A stretch of DNA of 57,728 nucleotides from contig NC_068983.1 of assembly GCF_001194135.2 (NCBI RefSeq), positions 135,335,853 to 135,393,580 of the forward strand, in the 5' to 3' direction. The DNA comes from Octopus bimaculoides (lineage: Eukaryota). The notes beneath the pieces are model-generated. The model made no database searches, was not told the origin of the DNA, and saw only the letters and a program-made list of their open reading frames with translations. Below, piece after piece: positions 40,480-53,659 of the stretch (position 1 is the stretch's first letter; every line of letters begins with the position of its first letter). The position numbers and the translations under genes were made by a program.

Positions 40480-42680
40480 AAGTTTTGCAGTGCGTCAAGA
40501 CAGACTCTATTAGTTGACATTTCGGTAAATATACAGTTTGAGACCCATTAACGAAAGCCCCCCCCCCCCTCCAAAGCCTACTAGGTGTAAAAAGATGTGT
40601 AGAAAACGAATATGAAAAAAATTGCGCAAACGACGGGTGGGGAGAAGTTTTTAGGAAAATTTCCAAAAGTCCGATTTTTCCTCATAACTTTCAGGAAAAT
40701 GCATATTAGTGAAATTTTATAGAAATACCGTTTAATTGGCACAAGTCCAAATCAAATTACGATTATAAAGAAATTTGTGGGGAAAATGTTTTTCCGAAAG
40801 GGTGGGGAAAGGACTGTTGGAAAGTTCACACGATCCATTNNNNNNNNNNNNNNNNNNNNNNNNNNNNNNNNNNNNNNNNNNNNNNNNNNNNNNNNNNNNN
40901 NNNNNNNNNNNNNNNNNNNNNNNNNNNNNNNNNNNNNNNNNNNNNNNNNNNNNNNNNNNNNNNNNNNNNNNNNNNNNNNNNNNNNNNNNNNNNNNNNNNN
41001 NNNNNNNNNNNNNNNNNNNNNNNNNNNNNNNNNNNNNNNNNNNNNNNNNNNNNNNNNNNNNNNNNNNNNNNNNNNNNNNNNNNNNNNNNNNNNNNNNNNN
41101 NNNNNNNNNNNNNNNNNNNNNNNNNNNNNNNNNNNNNNNNNNNNNNNNNNNNNNNNNNNNNNNNNNNNNNNNNNNNNNNNNNNNNNNNNNNNNNNNNNNN
41201 NNNNNNNNNNNNNNNTTTCATTATAATCGTAATTTGTGCAATTTGAACGGCATTTCTATAAAATTTCATTAATATATACAGGGGTTGGACAAAATAATGG
41301 AAATACCTTAAAATTTCAAACAGATTTATTTTAATATGGAGTAGGACTGCCTTTGGCAGTAATTACAGCTTGAATTCTATGAGGTATGGACTCGTACAAA
41401 GTATGAATTGTTTCCAAAGGAATTTTTGTCCATTCTTCAGCTAAAAGTTTCCAGTTCTTGTAATGATGATCTTGTTTTTCTAAAATGCACCATAAATGTT
41501 CAATAATATTGAAATTTGGGGACTGTGGTGGCCAGATAAGATGTTCAACTTCACTAGAATGGTCCTCATGCCATACAGTTATGCAACCATAAGATGAATT
41601 TAATTAAATAAACTGCTTAAATAGTCTTGACTATTAATTCTGCCACGAAGGGAAGCCATTGGGCCGGCAGATTTCCAAGCTATAGCCTCCCACATCATCA
41701 CAGGTCCTCCTCCATGCTTAACAGTTGGAAGAAGGCAGTCTGGGTCAAATGCTTCTTTTGGCTGTCTCTACACGTATACTCGGCAGGCGGTCGGAAATAA
41801 GGAAAAGGATGACTCGTCCCAAAAAATAACATTCTTCCATTGCTCTTGGGACTAATTCTATAGGTTTTTACTCCACTGTAAACGCTTTGCAACGTTTGTT
41901 TTTGAAAGTAGTGGTTTTCTGATTGCAGCCCTCCTGTGAAATCCGACTTCGTGCAGCTCCTGGCAAACAGTTTTTGTAGAAACTGGGTTCTCGAGGTGGT
42001 CATTAAACTCTGCAGTAATTTTGGGAACTGTACTTTTATGATCCTTTCTAAAAATTTGCATAAGAGTCTGACGGTCCCTATCTGAAAGTCTTTGTTTTCT
42101 TCCTGAGTTTTGTTTCGCCGAGGTTTTCCCCTCTTCCACAAAGGCAGTCATTACTTTCGAAAGTAGATCTTCTTGATACACCAAACATTTTGGCTGTTTT
42201 TCTTATGCTAGCACCTGCCATACGAGCACCAACAATTTGACCTGTTTGAAAGTCCGATAGATCTGTCATTTTAATTACCTTTTTCTGATGATATCTGAAA
42301 AGAAACAGTAATTTTAGCAAAACATATTAAGCAACACTAATAATAAATAAATATAAAAACAAAAATAAACAAGCTTTTGACGGTTTTATAGATATTTCAA
42401 AATTATGATACTAGATGTTTCCATTATTTTGTCCAACCCCTGTATATCCATTTTCCTGAAAGTTATGAGGAGAAAATTGGATCTTGTGAATTTTCCGAAA
42501 GTCCTCTCCCCACTCTATCCGTTCATTTGCGCAAATTTTTTTTCCATATTCATTTTCTATTACACCCAGTAGGCTGGGTTTTTTTTGATTTTTCATTAAC
42601 AGATCTCAAACTGTATATTGACCAATATTTCTAGATGCCTTGTTGAAGCATATCTGTATTTGGTATAACAAAAACAAAAC
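40480..42680. mobile_element. Fold-back/MITE-like element with long inverted arms; right arm split by the Tc1
   Basis: 40480-40775 is the reverse complement of 41216-41276 plus 42445-42680 (e.g. ctcataactttcaggaaaatg / cattttcctgaaagttatgag). Confidence 0.6.
41279..42442 (-). mobile_element. Tc1/mariner transposon, frameshifted
   Basis: TIRs caggggttggacaaaataatggaaa / tttccattattttgtccaacccctg with TA TSDs; transposase pieces MTDLSDFQTGQIVGAR, KPLLSKTNVAKRLQW, WDES, TVKHGGGPVMMW. Confidence 0.92.
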
Positions 42681-43334
42681 TCTTCTAACCACCCCTTTTC
42701 TCTTCTACTCTTATCAAAAAAGTAAAACAGATCAAAGAAAAGGTTTTATTTGTTGAAAAACATACATCCATAAAACTGGCTGAACCAAGAGGATCTCAGG
42801 AAATTAGCAAAAATTGTATATCTCTATTATGAACTTTAGTCAGGACTTCCCACGTTTTACTTATAGCAGCCTCATTTTTAAAAAAAATATTTTTTTGTTT
42901 TTCCACAATCGGTACCAGTTATATTACATATACCATACCTATTAATGTTTGTGTATGTATCACCTATTAATAATGAAAATTTTAATACATGTTTGAACAA
43001 TTAGCTTAGTGAATGGAACTGCCTTTCACTCGCCCCAGGTGGCACCACTTTTGGGTCTGGTATAGGCAATAGGTATTTTTTGTGGTGATGCAGGAATGGA
43101 ACACACCCTAGCTATGCTAGTGCTGCCTTTGCTCTCCAAGAACACAAAAGCACATCACAGAGGTAAAGACATATACCATCAACATGACTTGTGGCACATA
43201 AAGGTTAATTCCTATTTTATTAACATATCAAAAGTTAAATAAAATAAATTAAAAATGGCGAATTGATTAAATGTATTAGTTTATTCATTAGTTTGGATAT
43301 ATATATATACTGCGTATTGTGTTTCAATAACTAC

Positions 43335-43620
43335 CATCCTACCCTTGCTGGCAACAAAGAGCCTCTCTCTCAAGGCAGAGTGATGCCTGTGTGCAAACAG
43401 CTATGCTGCATGGCGGTGAAACATGGGCTGTGACAGCTGAGGACAGCGTAGGCTTGAAAGAAACGAAGCCAGTATACTTTGCTGGATGTGCAATGTCGAG
43501 AGAAAAGTTAGGCATCAGATGTGATGTGTAAGAGAGCAAGAGAGATGACTGCGCTGGTATGGTCATGTGATGTGTATGGACGAGGACAGCTGTGTAAAGA
43601 AGTGCTAATCTCTAACTGAT
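43335..43620 (+). mobile_element. RTE LINE reverse transcriptase C-terminal fragment
   Basis: Degenerate ...AMLHGGETWAVTAED...LERNEASILCWMCNV. Confidence 0.65.
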
Positions 43621-44694
43621 ACCAAAGAATGCTGTCATTGATGCTTGATCAGGAAAGACCTGCAACTAAAGAACTATTTTGATAAGTCAATATATGCAAT
43701 TAACATTGAATTGGATAGATATGAAAGCTTTAGTTTCAATCAGATAGATTTGGATATATACAAAATTTATATTTTAAGACAAGAAAGTTATATAGCTTCA
43801 AGTCAGCCTTGATTGAGAAAACATGAGTAAAAACATTCTGGTTTTGACCTTAACACTTTTTTTTCATACATTGTATGTAAGAATACACTGTATCCTTTTT
43901 TACAACAATTTTTGGCTGCTATTTCTAGCAGGTTGAACGACTCTACAGAGGCTCCCTCATTGGTATGGACTAAATTTTATGTAGGGAGGTGAATTTCGAT
44001 TTAACTGCTTTTGGTTTAGGAAGTCTGTTATTGTGAAGTGAAAACAAGACATCCATTCTCAGAGTAATGTGTTATTGAACCAGTTGTCGTTAGCACCACT
44101 GTTCACGGGGTTTAATTGATATTCACTGTGACACCATTTTACAGTTAAACTCATTGAGTGGTGGAAAACAATCAACTGAAGGTAACGAATACTATTTTCC
44201 TCCTTTTTACTTATATACCAGAATTTTCTTGCAATTTTTCAGACATTGTAATGAAATTCTCCAACAAAGTCATAATTAAAAATTTCTTCTAAAAGTTTAT
44301 TAATAAAAATTTAGAATGTTTGTCTTCAAAAAATAACAAATCCATTGACAATTACGCAATAATTATGATTGTTAAAAATCAAATGTCTCTTTGTTACAAC
44401 CCCCCCCCCCACAAAACAAAAAATAACCAGAAAATGTTGCACAAACCAAGTGTATAAAAGAAAATATGTTCTCTCTTGTTTTTTTCTTTAAAAAAATGTG
44501 GTTCAGTAAGGCATAGCAGACATTTTATTTAAGAAGATTATTGATAGTAGAGGCAATGAAGAAGCTCATATGAAAGAGATGATTTGGTAGAAAACTTACT
44601 AGAAAAGAATTTTGGTTTTAAACAATGAAAGGAAACATGAAATTTGTAGTTAAAAAATATTACATGCTGGGAAATTTAATTGAACATCTGCACA

Positions 44695-45738
44695 TTATAC
44701 AGCTGTATAGTCACCGTTATTCACAGAAAATAAACTAATAGGGTATGGTTTAGAATTTGATGTTTGCAGTTGTTTTGTATTTGTAGGCATTGTACTGGAG
44801 GTCTCTACCAAATCAGAATTATTGCTGAGATTGTCTTCATTTATATTGCCTGCCACAGATGTTATTGAAATTAACTGTAGTTCTTTCTGATTATCAGTAT
44901 CTTCATCACAATTTTCTGTATGCTGTGATAAACAAGTCTCTTCAGATTGAGGGGCATCAGATATATTGATGTTATCACTGGAAACCATATTCAGATCATT
45001 TTTATACTGGTTGTCTGAATAAGTAACTGTTAAGTCATTGTCTGTATTGATATTTCCAGAAGTGGCACTGGTAGCAGGTGGTAGATGATGGTTATTATTG
45101 GAACTAGTGTTACCAATATCCATGTATAATTCTTCTTGAAAACTATGTTGGTTTTCATCAGGACTATAAGGTTCTATTTTTAACTGTAGAGAGTTGTGGT
45201 TTGTTGCAGACTCTATCTCTGGTTCTACTTCACTCTGGATGTCAATGATCTGATTTGTAGTCATAATTTCTTCAGACCTTACATTAGATGTACTAGATCC
45301 AGTACTAACAAGAACACCAGGCTGCATGTTATTACTATTGCTGTAATTATTTCTAAACAAGTTAATTAACATAGAATTTTGTATTTTGTTAATGTCTCCC
45401 TGTGTTCTGGAAGGAAATAATCCTGACAAAGAACAAGGTTCTGCCAACAAAGGTTCCACCACAGCTGATAAAATATCTTTTGTCTTAGCTTTGTTCAATT
45501 CATTACAGCAAAGTTGTTCAAAATCTTTCATACTTAATCTTTCACCAATAGTCTTTAGTTGGACTAGAATTTCTTCATTCAGATCTACCACACCATTGTA
45601 CATGTATTCTGCAAATGCTAAAAGTCCCTCTTTACTGACTGAACTTGGAAATGTCACTTTAGGAAATGAACCTTTTGATGAATGATGGAGAATTGGCAGC
45701 AATTTTGGACACACAGCTCCTAAAACCATTTTATGGAC
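44695..45738 (-). CDS. STPR-BTB copy B exon 4 (BTB core plus tail)
   Basis: ttttcag|GTC acceptor; BTB motifs as in copy A; open to TAA at 44695-44697. Confidence 0.88.
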   Translation of the reverse strand, partial: VHKMVLGAVCPKLLPILHHSSKGSFPKVTFPSSVSKEGLLAFAEYMYNGVVDLNEEILVQLKTIGERLSMKDFEQLCCNELNKAKTKDILSAVVEPLLAEPCSLSGLFPSRTQGDINKIQNSMLINLFRNNYSNSNNMQPGVLVSTGSSTSNVRSEEIMTTNQIIDIQSEVEPEIESATNHNSLQLKIEPYSPDENQHSFQEELYMDIGNTSSNNNHHLPPATSATSGNINTDNDLTVTYSDNQYKNDLNMVSSDNINISDAPQSEETCLSQHTENCDEDTDNQKELQLISITSVAGNINEDNLSNNSDLVETSSTMPTNTKQLQTSNSKPYPISLFSVNNGDYTAV

Positions 45739-47483
45739 CTGAAAACATATAAAATACATCTGAAATAAATCTAGCAAAAATTATTGATTCTATTTTTTTC
45801 TCACAGCATAATTAACTTTACTCTATAACTTTGTAGTGTTCACTCACGCAATTTCTTATGACAAAATTATTCTAATACATTGACTAAATTCTGACTACAG
45901 AAAATTTCAGAGAAGCACTGAAGTGGGGCATTGATAGCATTCGATTACTATCGTAAACAGCAGTAGCTTTCTTCAACTGAAGACACCAGTCGTTGATTGG
46001 TTGAAATTACCCAAATATGACAACTTTAACATGAAATAACTTCTAAAATACGAAATTTTGACAAAAACGTTCAGAATAAACCATGTTCTACATGAGAAAT
46101 TCTACCAGTATTCGAAGTTTCAAGCTGTTTAGTTAAAAAAAAATCTGATCGAGATGGAATAGATCCCAATTTTTTTTACAGAAATGATATAACCCCTTCC
46201 TCATCTACAAACAACCTAGACACCAACTACCAAACCTAAATTCTATCAACAGAGATCTCAAAAATGCATCTTCTAGTGGGACCATGTCAAACTTGTTTCT
46301 TAAACAGCAAAAACCTCATTAGAAAACATCAGTGCATCACAATCCACTTGAACAAGAGTAACGCTAAACTAGAGCCCTCACTGTTACCTCATGTTAGGTC
46401 TCTCTATTATTGAAAATTTCTTGGTGAAAGCTAGAGCCACATCTCAAAAACTAGCCTTTCCTTGAAGGTCAGAAAATACTTCATGCCCCATCAATTGCCG
46501 AGCACCATACCCAGTCCTTCAGAACATCCACCCTATCAGCTCCTGTAGGTATTGACTTGCAACATTTTAAGCAGAACCAAATCGTCCAACCCATGCTAGC
46601 ATGGAAAGTGGACGTTAAACGATGATGATGATGATTAGCTAATTAGTCTTAGTGTTCTCACCTCAAGTATCTCTAAAGTAATGCAGACAGCCAATAACAA
46701 TGATACTCTCTAACAACTTGAATCTATCTCTCACTTTGGTGATGAGCAGCATGGCTTCCAGAGCCATTTTTATTGGTAACCTACTCTCTTACATCACTCA
46801 TCAGGGGCTCTTGCTTTAAAGAAGTTTGGTGAAAGCAATGTTGTTATTCTAGACTGGCTCTTCTCTTCAGAGCTAGAAAGTATTTCAGCCTCCAGTAACT
46901 GCTGAAACTGTACAAGATTCAAGTGAGGCTCAAAATGCTGTATTGCTTTCACAAACTAGGAGAGTGCAATTACGCTCACAGGCATCAAAGAGCCACTCAA
47001 CTATTTGCTCCAGCAGTTTGGCCCACATGCATGCTGTCTCCTCTGTCTTTTTTATCACTAATATAATGCCCTTGGTAACTCTGCATTGGCTGGACCCATC
47101 CTTATTCTTGACATCTCAACATCCACACCTTTCTTCCTCACAAAATCAGACCTCTAGAATCTTTAACCCAATCTTTCTTGCAGGTGTTGAACTACAACAG
47201 TTTAAATGGAATGTCAACAAAATCAAGCTCTCTGGTCTTGGAGAGCCCACAAAGGTCATGGTAATAGCTCCTCCCACACTAGAGTTAGATCAAGATAAAC
47301 GAGGCTAAAAAAAATTAGGAAGGCATTCAGAACATTGAAATTCATGGAGGAAAAGAACACAGAACCAAGTTAAATTATACACTAAATATAGGATGTAATT
47401 TAACATATATATAATTTGAATGTATTTAATATTTATTATATTACAATTGTTATAATTACATTAAACTTAATATTATAACATAC

Positions 47484-47646
47484 CATTATAGTTGTAGTAC
47501 CATTACTGATGTACGAGTCACACAAACGCCCTGCTTTCCACATGGAAAATAGATTGGACATCACTGCTGTTTGATGATTTGGAACCACTAAAATGCGTTT
47601 CTCCTGAACAGGAGGTACAACTGATTGTGGATGAAGTAAGATTTCA
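47484..47646 (-). CDS. STPR-BTB copy B exon 3 (BTB N-terminal part)
   Basis: tttttgtatttgaag| acceptor and ATG|gtatgt donor; 163 nt, phase 2 to 0; HQTAVMSNLFSMWKAGRLCDSYISNGTTTIM. Confidence 0.85.
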
Positions 47647-49450
47647 CTTCAAATACAAAAACACATAAAAACAGTTAATAGTAACATCAAATATTTTAGA
47701 ACATGTAAATAAATTCAAACACAGAAACATTATCATCATTCAAAGTCTATGTTCTACAATGGCATTGGTTGGATGGCCTGCAGGATTCAACACATCGAAA
47801 ACTGCATCATGTTCCAATGTCAGCCATGGCAAAGTTTGTATAGCAAGATGCCCTTCCTAACACCAACCATTTTACTGTGTGTACTTGGTGCATTTGTTCA
47901 TGGCATCAGCACTAATGAAGTCACTTGTAAGAGTAGGATCCCTTTCAACTGAGAGGGGCTAGAGTAGAGAGGGAGGTGGCTTTTTGTTGTGGGATGAGGG
48001 GTTAATAAGCGAAATGTTTCCAGGTAGTAAGAATGATAAGTGGTATTAGGGAAAAGCTAATAGAAGATACCTGTTCTGCTAAGAACAGTTCAGTTAAGAG
48101 AGATGATGGTAAGTGGTGGAGATGTCTTAAAGAAGAAATGGTGATAGAGGAGAGACAGTTGGGTATGTTGTGCTTTCAGATATGGGTAGGTCTTTTTGAG
48201 AACCACATATTGCCAGTCATCCCAGTTCTTTGTTATTTTGTCTGTGTGGTTCAAGGTCCTGAGATCAGCCTTTACCACTTCATTCCATGTCTTCTTGGGT
48301 CTCCCTCTTCTGCAAGCTCCATCCACATTCATCATCATCGTTTAACATCCTCCTTCCATGCTGGCTGTCCTCAGCCATATGCATCACATACCAGTACATT
48401 CTTCTTTCTTGCACACACCTGAGTTCTCTAGTTTTTTCTCTCAAACCAATTGTACCTTGTTATTCAGCACATCCAACAGAGCATGCAAGCTTCATTTCTT
48501 TCTAAGTCTTCTAAAGTCCTCTGCATTTTAGGCCCATATCTCACTATGCAGCACCACAGTTCTAATAAAAGCATTATACAATCTATCTTTAGGTCTAAGG
48601 GAAAAGATCTTTGTTACCAGACGTAATAGAAGCTCTCTGAACTTTTCCAACCTTTTCTTACTCTGGCTACTATACTTTTGGTGCAACCACCTCCCTTGCT
48701 AACCACATCCAAAGTAACAAAAGCTATCAACTGTTTCTAGTGACCTCAGGAGGTCTAAAGCCGAGACAAAATTTAGCGCAGACAAGCTAGCTAGTTATGA
48801 GAAATAATTGGCTCAAACAGGGGTTCAGAAAACTGTTGAACGCGACCTTATCTGAAGGTGGAGATTGGTTGGGTTGCACTCTGGCGTGAGATAGAGTAAA
48901 ATACGCCAATACCAACCAATCAAAGTGGTGGACATAAGGGTCCAAAGAAGCGGCCGAAGGCTAGCTGTTATCTGCTATGTTCATGTGTATATAATAGAGA
49001 GAGAGAATAGCTTCGCTACACCTCTATAGATTCACCTATGAGGACTAGATCATCAGCCTATAGATGTATGGGCAGCATGTCTTAAATACTTCCATGACAG
49101 TCTGTAGGACTGAGGACTAAATTTGATAGATACTTACCTTCACATCAGATTCATCACTGAATCCTCACTTTACTTACTAAATCTTTGTACATAACTTGTA
49201 TAGCACCCACAAGTCATTTGCTATACTTCGTTTCTTTGGAGACCATCAAATTACTGAACATGGTACCATGTCAAATGCCTTCACCAAGTCAATGAATGCC
49301 AAGTATAGTGGTTTACTCAAAGCCAAATATTTCTCTTGTAGTTGCCTCACAAGAAAGATTGCATCCATGTTACTTCTTTTGGGCACAAAGCCAAATTGCA
49401 TCTAATGTATATCTCCCCCAATTATGGATCAATTGTGCTATAGCGGAGAC

Positions 49451-50067
49451 GGACTATATGTAATCTGAACCTTTCCCACCTTTATTTATTTTTTTTATTT
49501 TTTTACGGAATCCCACGTTTTAGGCTATGGAGATTCCAGTTCTGAAAAAATTTTTTTCAAAAATCTCAAATTCAAAATTTCGAACCCCCCACTCCCATTT
49601 CCTCATTTCAAAATATTTTCCGGAAATTTTTTTTTTTAGAAATGTGTAAAAAAATACGGAGATTATGATTCTGAAAAAAAATTGTTTGAAAAATTTCAAT
49701 TCCCCACCACCACCAAGCAGGCTATTTACATGTTAGAAATAACAGCCAAATCTCACAANNNNNNNNNNNNNNNNNNNNNNNNNNNNNNNNNNNNNNNNNN
49801 NNNNNNNNNNNNNNNNNNNNNNNNNNNNNNNNNNNNNNNNNNNNNNNNNNNNNNNNNNNNNNNNNNNNNNNNNNNNNNNNNNNNNNNNNNNNNNNNNNNN
49901 NNNNNNNNNNNNNNNNNNNNNNNNNNNNNNNNNNNNNNNNNNNNNNNNNNNNNNNNNNNNNNNNNNNNNNNNNNNNNNNNNNNNNNNNNNNNNNNNNNNN
50001 NNNNNNNNNNNNNNNNNAAAAAAAAAAAAAAAAAGGGGGGGGGAAAGGTTTAGATTACATATAGTCC
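49451..50067. mobile_element. MITE-like element with 27-bp terminal inverted repeats
   Basis: ggactatatgtaatctgaacctttccc / gggaaaggtttagattacatatagtcc; interior partly N. Confidence 0.55.
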
Positions 50068-50635
50068 ATCTGGACCGTTTCATGACCTTCAAAAACTGAT
50101 CCAGTAGTTCGATTCCACTATAGCTGCTTCTCTCTCAGGCATCTCGTTTGCTTTTGCAGCAGTTTACAGTGATACTACTATGCCTATCATGGGGTATGAT
50201 ACCTTCATGTATCTCACTAGATATTTTGAGCATCTCTGCAACTGTCACTGATGGACCCACAGCTTTCACTCTCTTCAAACCTTGCTTCATCTACCATGTC
50301 AACTTGATTTTCTGGTTCCTCTGTATGGTCAGGATGAGATAGTCCCTTCTTTATCCCATATATTCTCCATATTCAACAGCCTCACAATAGCACTTCCATA
50401 CCACTTTCTTGTCCTGCACATCAATGGTGAGCATGCATTCATCATTCTGAATACAGAATGTTTGTTGACAATCTCTAGACAATGCACACAAAACTATTTG
50501 TTTTAGATTGGTTGACTGACGAAAAGTTCCATTCCTACCATTTATTTGGATGCCTTGTTGTAGGAAGGGCATACATCTCTAAGAACATTTGCTCAAATCA
50601 AATAGATAACATATGTTAACAAAATTCTATTTCAC

Positions 50636-50846
50636 CTGTTATTTTTGCATAATTTTGAATTCACTTCATTAGATGTGTTGACTGAGATCAATTGGTTTCT
50701 CTGTGCTCTAGTTGTTGCTTTGGTTTGCTGCTTCAAATTTGCATCATTTTCAACAGTGACTTTTTGTAATTTTCTTGTTTCAACAGAATGTTGAGAAGAC
50801 TGAATGGAATTAAGTTCTGATTTTTCAATGGGAGCTTCAAATTTTC
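50636..50846 (-). CDS. STPR-BTB copy B exon 2 (linker)
   Basis: ttttgacag| acceptor and AG|gtgaaa donor; 211 nt, phase 1 to 2; homologous to 35755-35980. Confidence 0.78.
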
Positions 50847-51673
50847 CTGTCAAAACATCAAAGTTACAAGTTACATCCAAATAAAGATTATTCTGACTGA
50901 AAACAATAAACAAGTATTTTGAAATATTACTCTATTTTCACAAACTTTACATTTCCCATTTTAGTGTAAATTTTGTTTTTAAAGTGTAAAATATTGTATC
51001 TATAAGCTCAAAATTAATATAGCTCATCTTCACTATTTCCCCAAACCATCAACGTTCATTTTATCATTATCAAAATTAAGAATTTATATGTATATTGGTA
51101 TCATAAACCAGTTCAAAGTATTCTACTCGCCGTCTAATCCGTTAATCACGGCTGTTCAACGTTTTTATATTAGGTAAAGGCAGTAGCCATCTATCAACGT
51201 CTTTCGACACTATGCCTCATTTTCGTACTCAATACAAATTAAGATACCTATATTTCAATCTATTATTTACCATTGTAGAAAGGAATTAATGATAGGATAT
51301 TATAATTCATAACAATTGGAAATTTCATTGAATTTTCCAAAGTAAATGAAGCTGTTGCCAATGAATCATAATCCAATGTAGAGTTATTGTTATTTATGCC
51401 CTTTCATCAAAAATGTACACGTTGTGCCACATCCAACATGAGACTATGTGAGAGTCAAGCCTTCATTAGGAGTGGACAGAATGCATACCGAGAATGTTGA
51501 CATACAAATGGCACCAGCTGCGAATCAAAGGTGAAATTACATCAGAACATAATCGCAATATTTATATTAGAATGTAGTATAAATTGAGTAAAGTTTATGA
51601 ACACATTGTTACTTTTACGATTCCTATGGTATTTTGACAACTTTTCATTCAGAGTTGATATATTAATATGATA

Positions 51674-52880
51674 TACACCTCGACTTACGACCGAATTTCG
51701 TTCCGACTGGCAGGTTGTATGTCGGATTAATATTTTTCAGCCCTATTTTCATTCAAACGGGTTATAAAAATATAAAACACAAAAATTTAATCCATAATTA
51801 TTGTTCATAATGTGAAAAATACATAATATGTACTCTATTGTACTATAAACAAAAATTAAAGGGTTTTCCGAATGACAGATAGGCATCGAGGTGAAGTTAC
51901 TTGCTTCTCTGGCGGCTATAATTTGGCGCCACTACAGATAAGAAAAGGCTTCAGCTTAGAACGAGCGGCATTACCACCAAGCAACCAAGTTAACCTATCC
52001 TTAAGAGCTTTGAATTCTGGCATCTTTTTTCCTTCTTGATGTATGTACGTACGTACGAGTAGGCCTTCGTTTCCATAGCAAGTCTGTTTCGTCTACGTTG
52101 AATATATGTTCTGGTAGATAACCTTCAATTAATTCGTCAAAACTATCACCGAATTTCTGGGCTCCTTCTTCATCTGCACTTCCTGCTTCTCCTATAACAC
52201 ATACATTATGTAAAGCAAATCTTTTTTTAAAACGTATAAACCACCCTTTACTAGCCTGAAAATCTTGTGTGTAATCGTCTCCGGAGCGTGATTTTAAAGT
52301 CTGAAACAAACTTTTAGCCTTTGTTTGTACTGTAAGAAGGCTGATGGGTGTTTTTTTCTGTATTAAACCTTTCATCCACATGAATAACAATTTCTCCATT
52401 TCATGGATGGGTCCCTGTCGTTGTTTGGTTAAAATTGTAGACTTCATAGGCACAGAACTTTTCACAGCTTCACGAATTCTTTCTTTGCCCTTAAGTATTG
52501 TTGATACCGTGGAATGCGATAACTTCAAGTCACGTGCTATTGTATTCACTTTCTTTCCGCCTTCATACTGCCGAATAATCTTCATTTTACAGTCTAAATC
52601 AATAGCCTTCCTTGGTTTCTTAGCTGGTGCATCTATAGATGAAAGCATTTTCCTTTTACCAATCATTTTAGAGGTATCTCAGATACAATTGTAACAAATC
52701 CACACACAACGGATGCTTGAAAGCGACTGAGTGAGAGACGGTGACAGGCAGTGGGTGCCTGGGACTGAGGGACGCATGCGTTGCCAGATGCTGCCAGTCA
52801 TCGTACACGCAGCTGCCCAACGTCCGAAAATCGATTTTTAAAATTTATTTATTGTGGTCGTAAGTCGAGAAGGTGTGTGT
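51674..52880 (-). mobile_element. Tigger/pogo DNA transposon, truncated, in intron 1 of copy B
   Basis: ORF 52001-52666 with CENP-B-like HTH, ASKGWFIRFKKR and IFNVDET; inverted ends ctcgacttacgacc (51679-51692) / ggtcgtaagtcgag (52856-52869). Confidence 0.88.
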
Positions 52881-53190
52881 ATGCACACACACACACATAT
52901 ATATATACACCTTCCACACACATTAATGAAACAGAGATGTAAAGAAACGAAATTCATGCTTGAAAAGTTGTCAAAATGGCATGTGATATGTAAAGTTAAA
53001 AACACGTCAGTAGATTATATAAATCCAGCAAAAAGAATACAAACATTGATTTCTTGTTAGAGGAAAAAAAGACAACCACAAAATTTAGACATGGTAGTTA
53101 TTACATTAATGGTGTTAGAGTAAAAGCAAATTAGATACGCTAGTTATTATAATCCTCAAATGAATAAAAAAAAATTCATAGGACAGATAC

Positions 53191-53659
53191 CAGGATCTTG
53201 ATGAATCTGTTCCAGGTAACAGTTTTCGTGTTCATTATAACAGTTGGTCAGAGCGATCTTAAAGCCATTAGCAGTCGGCTTTCGGCCCCGCGGCCTTTTA
53301 GCCACTTGAGTATTATGGCAATTTGGTTTTGAAGTACACTTGTTTGTATTTTTGTTTCTTTTCTGACTCGATTCTCTGGCACGTCTTTTCATTTCGTTCT
53401 CAGATAGTTTTCGAAGCCGATTTGCTTTCTCTGCCGTTTCCTTAGCCCGTCTCTTTCGTGCATTTAAAGACAACCTTTTAAGTCTCTCCTTTCGCTCTTC
53501 AATTGTCTCATTTCTTCGCCGATTCCATTCATTCAAAGATAAATTCATCAATCTTCGATCTCTCTCTAAAGGTGTTTCATTAGCTCTTTTGATTCTTGCA
53601 CGCTGTCGTGAGACCGCTCGTCGCTCTGCTTCAGTCTTGTATTTTTTTGGCCTAGGCAT
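53191..53659 (-). CDS. STPR-BTB gene copy B, coding exon 1 (STPR repeats; 3rd and 4th shortened)
   Basis: ATG at 53659 (MPRPKKY); 156 codons +1 nt; the same G|gtatct donor as copy A. Confidence 0.82.

Larger units (their letters stand above)
46650..50580 (-). mobile_element. Fragmented RTE-type LINE remnants in introns of copy B (interrupted by exon 3 and other insertions)
   Basis: PLYLAFIDLVKAFDMVP near 49260-49310; RRGRPKKTWNEVVKADL in ORF 48090-48338; (CAT)n-tailed 3' end near 48320-48370. Confidence 0.65.
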
